A DNA stretch of 64,000 bases from an uncultured Actinomycetes bacterium (GCA_963756895.1 CAVWPI010000006.1:178572-242571); one strand, 5' to 3'. Shown: positions 46,789-55,389, counted from the stretch's first letter. Notes: a model not told the origin generated them from the sequence alone. Program-made: numbers and translations.

Positions 46789-47468
46789 GGCGTCTCCTCC
46801 CGGCGCGTCACGCCGTAGAGGAACGTGCTCGCGAACACGTCGGCGATCTCTGACGCGCTGAGCCGACCGTCGGCGCGGTACCAGCGCTGGAGCCAGTTGG
46901 CCATGCCGATCACCGTCTTGGTCAGGACGTGGGGCGGTCCTGCCAGCACGAAATCGCCCCGCGCCTCGCCCTCGGCGATCACCGCGGTGATCGCGCGCTC
47001 GTAGCGCCGACTGAAGTCGTTCATCTCCCGCGCCCAGTCATCCTCGGGATCCTCGGTGAGCTGGTTCACGTCCTCCTGGAGGAAGATGAACATGTACGGA
47101 TAGTCGCGATCGGTGTACGACGCGAGCAGTCGCTGCACGATCTCGGTGAGCTTCTCGGCCGGCGATCGGCTGCCCTGCACGATCGCCTCCGCCTCGGCGA
47201 TGTTCCGGGTGACGGCCACACTGGTCGCGGCGCGGAAGAGCTCGTGCTTGCTCTCGAAGTAGTAGTAGAGCGATGCCCGGTCGACCCCCACCGCGTCGGC
47301 GATGTCGCGGAACGACGTGGCCCGGTAGCCCTTGGCGAGAAAGGCCCGTCCCGCGGCGGCGATGATCTCTTCGCGCCGTGCCCGGTACGCGGGCGCCGCC
47401 TCCGCCCGCGCCGTCGACCGCCGCGCGCCGAGCTTGGTGCCGCTCACATCCGCCTCGCGGTCGCTCAT
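46785..47468 (-). CDS. TetR/AcrR family transcriptional regulator embedded in the operon
   Basis: ...RREEIIAAAGRAFLAKGYRATSFRDIADAVGVDRASLYYYFESKHELF... 227 aa. ATGA overlaps at both ends. Confidence 0.85.
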   Translation of the reverse strand: MSDREADVSGTKLGARRSTARAEAAPAYRARREEIIAAAGRAFLAKGYRATSFRDIADAVGVDRASLYYYFESKHELFRAATSVAVTRNIAEAEAIVQGSRSPAEKLTEIVQRLLASYTDRDYPYMFIFLQEDVNQLTEDPEDDWAREMNDFSRRYERAITAVIAEGEARGDFVLAGPPHVLTKTVIGMANWLQRWYRADGRLSASEIADVFASTFLYGVTRREETP

Positions 47469-49084
47469 GGTCGTAGGTGCGCCAGCGCGGCGACGTCGTC
47501 GGCGGTCATCGGTCGGAGCTGGTCGCCGCGGCCGGGGCGCCAACTCACCGCGGGCGCGTCCCAGCCCTCGCGGCGCAGCCGGGTCTTGTCGATCTTCATG
47601 CTCGCGAGCTTGGGCAGCTCGGGGGCGATCCGCACGAAGCTCGGCACCCACTTGGGACCGAGGTCCGGCTGCGCCTGGACGAACTCGTCGAACGTGGTGA
47701 GGTCGAAGTCGGAGCCCTCCTCCACCTCGACCGCAACCATCACCCGATCGCCCACCGGATCGTCGGGCACTGCGTACACCGCCGCCGAACGCACGCCCGG
47801 CGCGCGCAGCACGATCCGTTCCACGGGGGCGGCGGCGAAGTTCTCGCCGTCGACCCGGAGCCACTCGTTGGAGCGACCGGCGAAGAAGAACCAGCCGTCG
47901 GCGTCGCGGTACGCGAGGTCACCCGACCAGTAGATGCCGTCGCGCACCTTGGAGACGTTGGCCTCCTCGTTGCGGTAGTAGCCCTCGAACGTGTCGCCCG
48001 GTTCGGTGTTGACGATCTCCCCCACTGCGGCGTCGCCGTTGGCCAGCCGGCCCGCGGCGTCGAACTCGGCGCGCGGGCACTCGGCCCCGCAGTCGGGATC
48101 GAAGACCCGGATGTTGTCGTCGGCCGAGCCCAACGCACCCACAGGCATCGAGGCGTCGCGCCGGATGACGATGAGCCCCTCGGTGGAGCCGTAGCTGTCG
48201 CGCACGGCGCAGTCGAAGCGCCGCGCGAACTCCCGGATGTCGGCCTCCGACGCCTCGTTGCCGAACGCGAACGTGACCGGCGACGAGGCGTCGTCGGGCG
48301 CACGCGGGACAGCCAGGATGTAGTTCAGGACCTTGCCCGTGTAGGCGAGCATCGTGGCGCCGACGCGGCGGATGTCGGGCATGGCGTTCGACGCCGAGAA
48401 CCGCGCCCGGCTCGCGAACGGCACCCCGGCCTGCAGCGCGCTCGCCAACCCGGTGAACAGCGAGCTCGAGTGGAAGAACGGCAGCGGCGCGTACACCGCC
48501 GAACCCGGACCCAGCTCGGCGACCGTCTTCACGTGCACGCCCGTGCGCGCGAAGCGACCCTGCGTGCAGCGCACCGCCTTCGGGAAGCCGGTCGAGCCGG
48601 ACGTGAAGATCAGGAGGTAGAGGTCGTCGGCTTCCGCCGGGACGTGCGCGACGGAAGGTTCGAGCGCCGCGAGTTGGTCGGCGTAGTCGGCACGCTCGGT
48701 GTGCACCACGCGCTCGGCCGGGACGCGGCTCGGCGCGTCGCTCAGCAGATCAGCGTACCCGTCGGACGTGACCAAGGCCTGGCAGTCGGTGTAGTCGATC
48801 AACTGTGCAAGCTCGGCGCCGCGGTAGGTGGCGTTGATCCCGATGATCACCGATCGCGTGAGGGCGGCGGCTCCGAGCCAGAAGAGGTACTCCGCGGTGT
48901 TGTCGAGCAGCACACCGACGTGTGGCGGCGCATGCGGGTCACGGAGCTCCGACCAGAGCGCGGCGCGACGCCGCGACTCGAGCGCGAGCTCACGCCACGA
49001 GTACGACCGGTCCTCGAAGTGGGCGGCGACGTCGTCACGATCGGCGTAGCGGACGAAGAGCTCGGCGGCCGTCGTGGGTGGCAT
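47465..49084 (-). CDS. Long-chain/steroid-type acyl-CoA synthetase (ANL family; FadD17/FadD19-like by general appearance)
   Basis: Intact 539 aa: LIFTSGSTGFPKAVRCTQG, DSYGSTEG, YWSGDLAYRDADGWFFFAGRSNEWLRVDGENF, LASMKIDK. Confidence 0.8.
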   Translation of the reverse strand: MPPTTAAELFVRYADRDDVAAHFEDRSYSWRELALESRRRAALWSELRDPHAPPHVGVLLDNTAEYLFWLGAAALTRSVIIGINATYRGAELAQLIDYTDCQALVTSDGYADLLSDAPSRVPAERVVHTERADYADQLAALEPSVAHVPAEADDLYLLIFTSGSTGFPKAVRCTQGRFARTGVHVKTVAELGPGSAVYAPLPFFHSSSLFTGLASALQAGVPFASRARFSASNAMPDIRRVGATMLAYTGKVLNYILAVPRAPDDASSPVTFAFGNEASEADIREFARRFDCAVRDSYGSTEGLIVIRRDASMPVGALGSADDNIRVFDPDCGAECPRAEFDAAGRLANGDAAVGEIVNTEPGDTFEGYYRNEEANVSKVRDGIYWSGDLAYRDADGWFFFAGRSNEWLRVDGENFAAAPVERIVLRAPGVRSAAVYAVPDDPVGDRVMVAVEVEEGSDFDLTTFDEFVQAQPDLGPKWVPSFVRIAPELPKLASMKIDKTRLRREGWDAPAVSWRPGRGDQLRPMTADDVAALAHLRP

Positions 49085-49122
49085 GCACCGGCATTCTGTG
49101 GCCCCCGGGCCCTTCCGCGCCA

Positions 49123-49140
49123 GTCAACGCGAGCGTTGAC
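49123..49140. promoter_or_regulatory. Perfect palindrome GTCAACGC-GA-GCGTTGAC; candidate TetR operator (or terminator stem) ahead of the fadD-tetR-cyp-DUF35-thiolase operon
   Basis: 8-bp perfect arms read directly. 39 nt upstream of ATG 49084 and 17 nt downstream of the TauD stop. Confidence 0.4.
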
Positions 49141-49156
49141 GATCGGCGGTCCGCGG

Positions 49157-50011
49157 TCAGCGGGGAGTGTCGCCGGCGAGGGTGATCCGGTGCATGCGGC
49201 GGGTGAAGCCGTGGTAGTCGTTGATCGGGTTGTGCATCGCGCAGCGGTTGTCCCACAACGCCAGTGACCCGACCTCCCATTGGAAGCGGCACGTGAGCTC
49301 GGGACGGACCGAGTGCTGGAAGAGGTACTCGAGCAACGGGCGGCTCTCGTCCTCGGTCATCTCCGCGAACGATGCGGTGTGCGCCCGGTTCACGTAGAGC
49401 GCCTTGCGTCCGGTCTCCGGATGGGTGCGCACGACCGGGTGCGTCGAGAGGAACTGCTGCTCGTCCTCGGCCGGTCCGCGGTCGCGGATGCGGTCCTCCC
49501 GGGTCTTCGACACGTCGGCGAGCGCGGAGCTGTTGACCGCGTCGAGCTCCCCGAGCACTGCGCGCAACCCCGGCGAGAGCGCCTCGTACGCCGCGTACAT
49601 GTTGGCGAACATCGTGTCGCCGCCGAACGGCGGGAGCTCGCGCGCCAGCAGCATCGTGGCCATCGGCGGCTGTTCGAGGTACACGGTGTCGCTGTGCCAG
49701 ATCCCACCGAAGTTCACCGTCTCGTGCGGAAGCTTGGCGACCTCGATGATCTCCGGGTGGGTGTCGAATCCCTTGACGAACGGGTAGCGCACCGGCTCGC
49801 CCAGTCGACGGGCGAAGGCGAGGAACGCGTCGTCGTCGAGCTCTTGATCGCGGAAGAACACGACGAGGTGCTCCAGCCAGATCCGTCGGATCTCGGCGAC
49901 GGTCGCGTCATCGAGATCCGCCAGATCCACGCCTCGGATCACCGCGCCGATCGCGCCGGCGAGCGGCTCGACCTCCAGGGAGGCGAGGTGCGTCGAGGTC
50001 GCTGCGCTCAC
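49157..50011 (-). CDS. TauD/TfdA family Fe(II)/2-oxoglutarate-dependent dioxygenase
   Basis: GTG 50011 overlaps the P450 stop (GTGA). ...FGGIWHSDTVYLEQPPMATMLLAREL...GDTMFANMYAAYEAL...LWDNRCAMHNPINDYHGFTRRMHRITL: HxD...H...R motif set. Confidence 0.8.
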   Translation of the reverse strand: MSAATSTHLASLEVEPLAGAIGAVIRGVDLADLDDATVAEIRRIWLEHLVVFFRDQELDDDAFLAFARRLGEPVRYPFVKGFDTHPEIIEVAKLPHETVNFGGIWHSDTVYLEQPPMATMLLARELPPFGGDTMFANMYAAYEALSPGLRAVLGELDAVNSSALADVSKTREDRIRDRGPAEDEQQFLSTHPVVRTHPETGRKALYVNRAHTASFAEMTEDESRPLLEYLFQHSVRPELTCRFQWEVGSLALWDNRCAMHNPINDYHGFTRRMHRITLAGDTPR

Positions 50012-51226
50012 CGCACCCTCATGGGCACCGACTTGTATCCGCGCACGGTGGCGGTGTGCACGAACTCGAGGCGCGACTCGTCGATCTCCCACCTGGGGTA
50101 GCGCTTCAGCGTCTCGGCCAGCGCCACTCGCGTCTCCATCCGTGCCAGCGCGGCGCCGATGCAGAAGTGCGCGCCGTACCCGAACGCGAGCTGACGGTCG
50201 ATGTCGCGCCGCACGTCGAAGACGTCGGGGTCCGGGAAATGACGCTCGTCACGGTCGGCGGCCCCGTTGAGCAGGGAGATCTTCGAGCCGGCGGGGATCG
50301 TGATCCCGTGGTACTCGGCGTCACGCGCCACCCAACGCGACTGCGTGGGTGACGGCGCCTCGAACCGCATGAGCTCCTCGACCGCGTTGCTCATCAGCGA
50401 CGGGTCGTCGAGCAGCAGCTGCCGTTGGTCGGGGAACCGCTGCAACGTGACCACGCCGAACCCGAGCAACCGGGCCACGGTCTCGGTCCCCGCCGACGAG
50501 ATCAGCTGCACGAACGCGAGGATCTCCTCGAGCGTCAGCTTGCGGGTCTCGCCGTCGTCCTCGATCTCCGCGTGCACCAGGCCGGTGAGCAGGTCGTCCT
50601 GCGGGTCCTTCAGGCGCATCTCCATGAGCTCGGGGATCATGGCGAAGGCGTCGTTGTTGATCTCGCCGTTCTCGTTGACGATCTGGCGGTTCTTCTGACC
50701 GTGCGTGGTGGTCGCGCCTTCGTCGACGTGGAGGCTCTGGTCGGTGAGCTCCTTGAACTCCTTGGCGTGCCCCTCGGGGTAGCCGACCAGGGACAGGATC
50801 ACGGTGGGCGGCAACAGACCGGCGAAGTGCTCGACGTAGTCGAACTCGTCCTCACCCTCGACCGCGTCGAGGAACTCGTTCGCGAGGGCGGCGATCTTCA
50901 CCTCGATGTCGGCGATGCGGCGAGGCGTGAACGCCCGCGCCACGAGCTTGCGCAGCTTCGTGTGGTCCGGGGGGTCCATCATGATCATCATCGGGATGCC
51001 GTAGGGCTCGTCGGTGATGATCTCGAGCATGATCCCGTGACTCGAGACGAACGACTCGTGGTCGAGAAGCCCGCGCGAACACGTCGTCGTAGCGACTCAG
51101 GGCCCAGAAGTCGTGCTTCTCGTTGTAATAGACGGGCGCCTCGTCTCGGAGGCGCTGCCAGACCGGGTACGGATCGGCATCGATCACGTAGTCGTAGGGG
51201 TCGTAGTAGACGTCGGTGGCCGTCAT
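50008..51226 (-). pseudogene. Cytochrome P450; one frame break near 51070
   Basis: ATG 51226 with GAGGAG upstream. MTATDVYYDPYDYVIDADPYPVWQRLRDEAPVYYNEKHDFWALSRYDDVFARA / ...LEIITDEPYGIPMMIMMDPPDHTKLRKLVARAF...ISSAGTETVARLLG...FGYGAHFCIGAALARME... Confidence 0.85.
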
Positions 51227-51251
51227 GTCGTGGGCTCCTCGCCGATCTCGG

Positions 51252-51257
51252 AATATA
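51252..51257 (-). promoter_or_regulatory. Possible -10 hexamer (TATATT on the minus strand) for the P450-TauD unit
   Basis: AT-rich patch ggaatatatcgtatccagaat in the 62-nt gap between the carboxyltransferase stop and the P450 start, ~26 nt upstream of ATG 51226. No convincing -35. Confidence 0.2.
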
Positions 51258-51288
51258 TCGTATCCAGAATGACTGCCTGATCCCGACC

Positions 51289-52809
51289 TCAGACGGGCGG
51301 CACGCCGTGAATCCTGTCGCTGAACGACCGGTCCTTGCCACCCGCGAGCGCGAGGCGGGCCACCAGGTCGGCCCGGAGGTCTTCGGGCGCGACCACCGCG
51401 TCGATCACCAGCTCCGACGCCAGGCGCAGGAGATCGACATCGGCCGCGAACTCCGCCCGGCGCTCGTCGACGAACGCGGCCCGCTCGGTTTCGTCGTCGA
51501 TGGCCGCGATCTTGTTCGCGTACACCGCGTTGATGGCGGCCTCGGGACCCATGACCGCGATGCGTGCGGTGGGGAGCGCGATGCACGCGTCGGGGGCGAA
51601 CGCGGGTCCCGCGAAGGCGTACAGACCCGCGCCGTACGCCTTGCGCACGATCACCGACAGCTTGGGCACCGTCGCCTCGGACACCGCGGTGATCATCTTG
51701 GCCCCGTGGCGGATGATGCCTTGGCGTTCGACCTCGGTGCCCACCATGAAGCCGGGGACGTCGGCGAGGAACACGAGCGGGATCCCGTACGCGTCGCAGC
51801 ACCAGATGAAGCGCGCCGCCTTGTCGGCGGAATCGACGAAGAGCGCGCCGCCCTTGTGCACCGGGTTGCTCGCCACGACGCCGACCGGACGACCCTCGAG
51901 CAGGCCGAACCCCACGATCACCTCGGGCGCGAACAGTGGCTTCACCTCGAAGAAGCTGTCGGCGTCGAGCAGTCCTGCGAGCAGGTCGTGCATGTCGAAC
52001 GCGACGTGCTCGTCGGGCGGCACGACGTCGGCGGTCAGCGGGACGGCAGGCGCTTCGGCGGCGTAGACCGGCACATCCGACCGCCAACTCCCCGGCATGT
52101 AGCCGAAGTATGCCTTGGCCTGCGCGATGGCATCGGCGTCGTCGACCGCGAGGTTGTCACCACTGCCCGACACGGTCGCGTGCATGCGCGCACCACCCAT
52201 CTCCTCGAGCGTCGTCCGCTCCCCCACCACCATCTCGACCATCCGGGGTGAGCCGAGGTACATCGATGCGTTGCCTTCCACCATGATCACCACGTCGCAG
52301 AACGCAGGGATGTACGCGCCACCGGCAGCCGACGGCCCGAACAGGCAGCAGATCTGCGGCACCCGGCCCGACAAGCGGTTCTGGTTGTAGAAGATCCGTC
52401 CGGCGCCCCGACGGCCGGGGAAGAGGTCGACCTGGTCGGTGAGACGCGCGCCGGCGGAGTCGACCAGCCAGAACACAGGGACCTCGTGCTCGAGTGCGTA
52501 CTCGGTGAGGCGCACGATCTTCTCCACCGTGCGCGCACCCCACGATCCCGCCTTGACCGTGGGATCGTTGGCCATCACGCACACCGGACGCCCCCCGACG
52601 GTGCCGACGCCGGTGACCACGCCGTCGGCCGGCAGGTCACCGGCGAGCGCGTTGGCGAGCAGTGAGCTCTCGACGAACGAGCCCTCGTCGAGCAGCAGGG
52701 CCAGCCGGTCGCGCACGAAGAGCTTCCCCTGCCGTTCCAGCTTGGCGGCCTCCTTCTCGAGGTTGCCCTGGAGGGCCCGGTCGGCGGCTGCCCGCAGCTC
52801 GTCGGTCAC
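51289..52809 (-). CDS. Acyl-CoA carboxylase carboxyltransferase (beta) subunit family protein (AccD/PccB/MccB-like)
   Basis: GTG 52809 with GGAGGGAG upstream. ...GKLFVRDRLALLLDEGSFVE...VMANDPTVKAGSWG...CLFGPSAAGGAYIPAFCD...VVASNPVHKGGALFVDSADKAARFIWCCDAYGIPLVFLADVPGFMVG... 506 aa, intact. Confidence 0.85.
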   Translation of the reverse strand: MTDELRAAADRALQGNLEKEAAKLERQGKLFVRDRLALLLDEGSFVESSLLANALAGDLPADGVVTGVGTVGGRPVCVMANDPTVKAGSWGARTVEKIVRLTEYALEHEVPVFWLVDSAGARLTDQVDLFPGRRGAGRIFYNQNRLSGRVPQICCLFGPSAAGGAYIPAFCDVVIMVEGNASMYLGSPRMVEMVVGERTTLEEMGGARMHATVSGSGDNLAVDDADAIAQAKAYFGYMPGSWRSDVPVYAAEAPAVPLTADVVPPDEHVAFDMHDLLAGLLDADSFFEVKPLFAPEVIVGFGLLEGRPVGVVASNPVHKGGALFVDSADKAARFIWCCDAYGIPLVFLADVPGFMVGTEVERQGIIRHGAKMITAVSEATVPKLSVIVRKAYGAGLYAFAGPAFAPDACIALPTARIAVMGPEAAINAVYANKIAAIDDETERAAFVDERRAEFAADVDLLRLASELVIDAVVAPEDLRADLVARLALAGGKDRSFSDRIHGVPPV

Positions 52810-52827
52810 GACGCTCTCCCTCCTCGC

Positions 52828-52872
52828 CCCGATCCGCACGCGCCCGATCCGCATGCGCCCGATCCGCATGAG
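52828..52872. repeat. Three head-to-tail copies of a 15-bp unit CCCGATCCGCAYGMG in a divergent promoter region
   Basis: cccgatccgcacgcg / cccgatccgcatgcg / cccgatccgcatgag, read directly. Starts 19 nt upstream of the carboxyltransferase GTG. In the minus-strand ORF extension it reads RIGRMRIGRVRIG. Confidence 0.8.
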
Positions 52873-52898
52873 TTCGCCATTCTTGATATTTTGTACCG

Positions 52899-52921
52899 AC
52901 CGTTCGATCTCCGCGAACGGT
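52899..52921. promoter_or_regulatory. Inverted repeat ACCGTTCG-N7-CGAACGGT upstream of the solute-binding-protein gene
   Basis: 8-bp perfect arms, preceded by an AT-rich stretch ttcttgatattttgtacc. 24 nt before the candidate TTG start at 52945. Confidence 0.35.
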
Positions 52922-52944
52922 TCGCAGCACACCCGGGGGGAACC

Positions 52945-54259
52945 TTGCGACTCTCACGTCTCCTAGCGGTCGTCCTGACCGTCGTCATGGCTCTGCTCGG
53001 CGTCAGCGCAGTCGGCGCCGGCGCGCAGAGCTCCAAGCCCAAGGCCGACGACGTCGGCATCACCGACACCGAGATCCGCCTGGCGGTGATCGCCGACGTG
53101 GACACCTCGATCCAGCCGGGGCTGTTCCAGAAGTCGGTGGACGCGATGAAGGCGTGGGCCGACGTCACCAACAAGAACGGCGGGATCGCAGGGCGAAAGG
53201 TCGTCATCGACTTCATCGACTCCAAGTTGAGTCCCAACGAGACCCGCAACGCCATCATCAAGGCGTGTGCGGATGACTTCGCCATGGTCGGCGGTGAGGC
53301 GCTGTTCCTGAACAACGTCGACGACATGGTCGCATGCAAGGACAAGGCCGGGAAAGCGATCGGCATCCCCGACATGCCCGGCACTGCGCTCGACACCACC
53401 CAGTCGTGCTCGCCGGTCACCTACGTCGCCACCGGTCTCGGTGCGTACTGCGCCACGAGGGACCAGCACCCGCAGACGTACACCGTCCAACAGGGTGACT
53501 ACCTCTACTACCTGAAGAAGAACAAGGACCTCCACGGCATCTGGACCATCCCGGGAGACCTCAAGGCCACCAAGAACGCGGTCATCCCGACCGCCACCGC
53601 CGGAGTCGACCTCGGCATCAAGAAGGACGGGCAGGGCTTCTACGACATCTTCTCCCGTGACCCGCAGAGCGCGATGACGCCGATCGTGCAGGCGATCAAG
53701 CAGAACAACTCGACGTTCGCGAAGAACGGCGGCAACAAGATGGCTGACCTGCGGAAAGAGGCCACGCTCCAGGGCGTCGACTCGGTGAAGGTCTGGGCGT
53801 GCAACCAGGCGTGCTACGACAACCTGATCGTCGAGCAGGGCGGCGCCGACGTCGACGACACGCAGATCCTGCTGTCGACAGTTCCCTTCTACTCCGAGTA
53901 CAAGAACAACCCCGACGTTGAAGAAGCTCGTCACGGCCGCGGGCGGGATCGAGAACGTCGACTTCAACTCGGTCTCGTCGTGGGTCGCCGCCCTCCTGTT
54001 CGAGGACGTCGCGAAGAAGGCGACCGCCAACGGCGGGACGCTCAGCCGTGCGTCCCTGTTCGATGCGCTCGAGACGGAGACCTCCTTCGATGCCGGCGGC
54101 ATCATCGGTGCCACCGACTTCGCCAACCACATGCCGTCGCCCTGCATCGTCATGACGCAGATCAAGGACGGCAAGTTCGTGCGCACCTACCCGACGAAGG
54201 TGGGGACGTTCGACTGCAACAAGAAGAACATCGTCGAGATGAAGCTCGACCTCAGCTGA
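52945..54259 (+). pseudogene. ABC-transporter substrate-binding protein, type I periplasmic-binding fold (Leu/Ile/Val-binding-like), secreted; one frame break near 53912
   Basis: TTG 52945 after GGGGGGA. LRLSRLLAVVLTVVMALLGVSAVGAGAQSSKP (signal peptide) ...VGITDTEIRLAVIADVDTS...GGIAGRKVVIDFIDSKLSPNETRNAIIKACADDFAMVGG... / TLKKLVTAAGGIENVDFNSVSSWVAALLFEDV...stop. No permease or ATPase gene is adjacent. Confidence 0.75.
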
Positions 54260-54297
54260 CGTCCACCCGGGTCGCGCTTCGCGCGCGGCCCGGGCGG

Positions 54298-55332
54298 TCA
54301 GCCGAAGCGGGGAACGATGACGCCGAGGTCGGCGCTGGTGAGCAGCCCCGGCGGCGCCTCGCACACCGCGACGACCGCGTTCACCGCCGGGTGCGCGGTG
54401 AGGCCGGGCGTCACCGACGCGAGCTGGTCCATCTCGACCGGGAACGCGATGTCGACCTTGAGCGGCGCGTCGCCTTCCACCGTGACCCGCCATCCGGTCT
54501 CGCCGAGGTGCCAGTCGTGGTCGAGCTCGGTGGAGCAGTACCAGGTGGCCTGGAACACGAGGCGCTCCGTGTCGCCGTCCATCGCGGCGACGATCGTGCG
54601 TTGCGCGGCGACGCGTCCTTGTTCGATCTCGCCGGCCGCGATGGTGACCTTCTTCGTGGTTGCGGCGACCACGGCGCGCGCCTCGACCCGATCGATCGGG
54701 ATGCCGACGCGGTCGGCGAGCGCCTCGAGCGGCGGGCCGAAGTTGAAGCGCATGTGGTGCGCACGCCGCTCGTCGACCGGCCCCGGTTCACGCCCGAAGC
54801 CCATCACCTCGAAGAGGAGCTGGGGCGACGGCCGCTGCGACATGTTGGCGAACTCCTCGATCACCACCCGGTCGACCCGGCGTTCGAGGAGGAGCAGCGC
54901 GATGGGGACGACCTCGCTGATGAAGCCGGGGCTGCTGCCGGTGGCGAACAGCGAGACGCCGCCCTCACCACACGCCTTGTCCAGCTGCTGCACCTGGTCG
55001 GCCGGGAGCGCGCGCCGGGCGTGCAGCAGCTCGGAGCACGTGCTCACCACGTTCTTGCCCGACGCGAGGAGCCGGCAGAGCTCGTCGAGGTCGAGTCGGC
55101 TGGGCATGTACAGCACGCAGTCGGCGTCGAGCGCGACCAGCGCGTCGACATCGTCGGTCGCGAGCACCCCTGTCGTCGTGCCCGTCCCGGCGATCTCGCC
55201 GACGTCGACACCCACCTTGTCGGCGCCGTAGACGCGTACGCCGACCACTTCGAGGTCGGGATGCGCGAGCGACGCCGAGAGCGCACGGCCACCGATGTTG
55301 CCGGTCGCCCACTGGACCACGCGGTATGACAA
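54298..55332 (-). CDS. NAD(P)-binding oxidoreductase with dihydrodipicolinate-reductase-like N-terminal domain (paralogue of 35376-36447)
   Basis: (TTG 55332)SYRVVQWATGNIGGRALSASLAHPDLEVVGVRVYGADKVGVDVGEIAG...CVLYMPS...ATGSSPGFISEVVPIALL... Intact. The longer ORF to 55539 lacks support. Confidence 0.65.
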   Translation of the reverse strand: MSYRVVQWATGNIGGRALSASLAHPDLEVVGVRVYGADKVGVDVGEIAGTGTTTGVLATDDVDALVALDADCVLYMPSRLDLDELCRLLASGKNVVSTCSELLHARRALPADQVQQLDKACGEGGVSLFATGSSPGFISEVVPIALLLLERRVDRVVIEEFANMSQRPSPQLLFEVMGFGREPGPVDERRAHHMRFNFGPPLEALADRVGIPIDRVEARAVVAATTKKVTIAAGEIEQGRVAAQRTIVAAMDGDTERLVFQATWYCSTELDHDWHLGETGWRVTVEGDAPLKVDIAFPVEMDQLASVTPGLTAHPAVNAVVAVCEAPPGLLTSADLGVIVPRFG

Positions 55333-55389
55333 CGGACGTCCCTTTCGGAAAGTGGCCCTTCGAAGTCGGCTTGGTACCGTAGCCCGGCC

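Noticed and set aside
52828-52872. CRISPR-like array.
   Set aside because: Only three contiguous 15-bp units with no spacers, and no cas genes in the window.
52810-52932. N-terminal extension of the carboxyltransferase ORF containing the peptide repeat RIGRMRIGRVRIG.
   Set aside because: The peptide repeat is just the translation of the 15-bp DNA tandem repeat. A GTG with a strong GGAGGGAG RBS at 52809 gives a normal-length carboxyltransferase.
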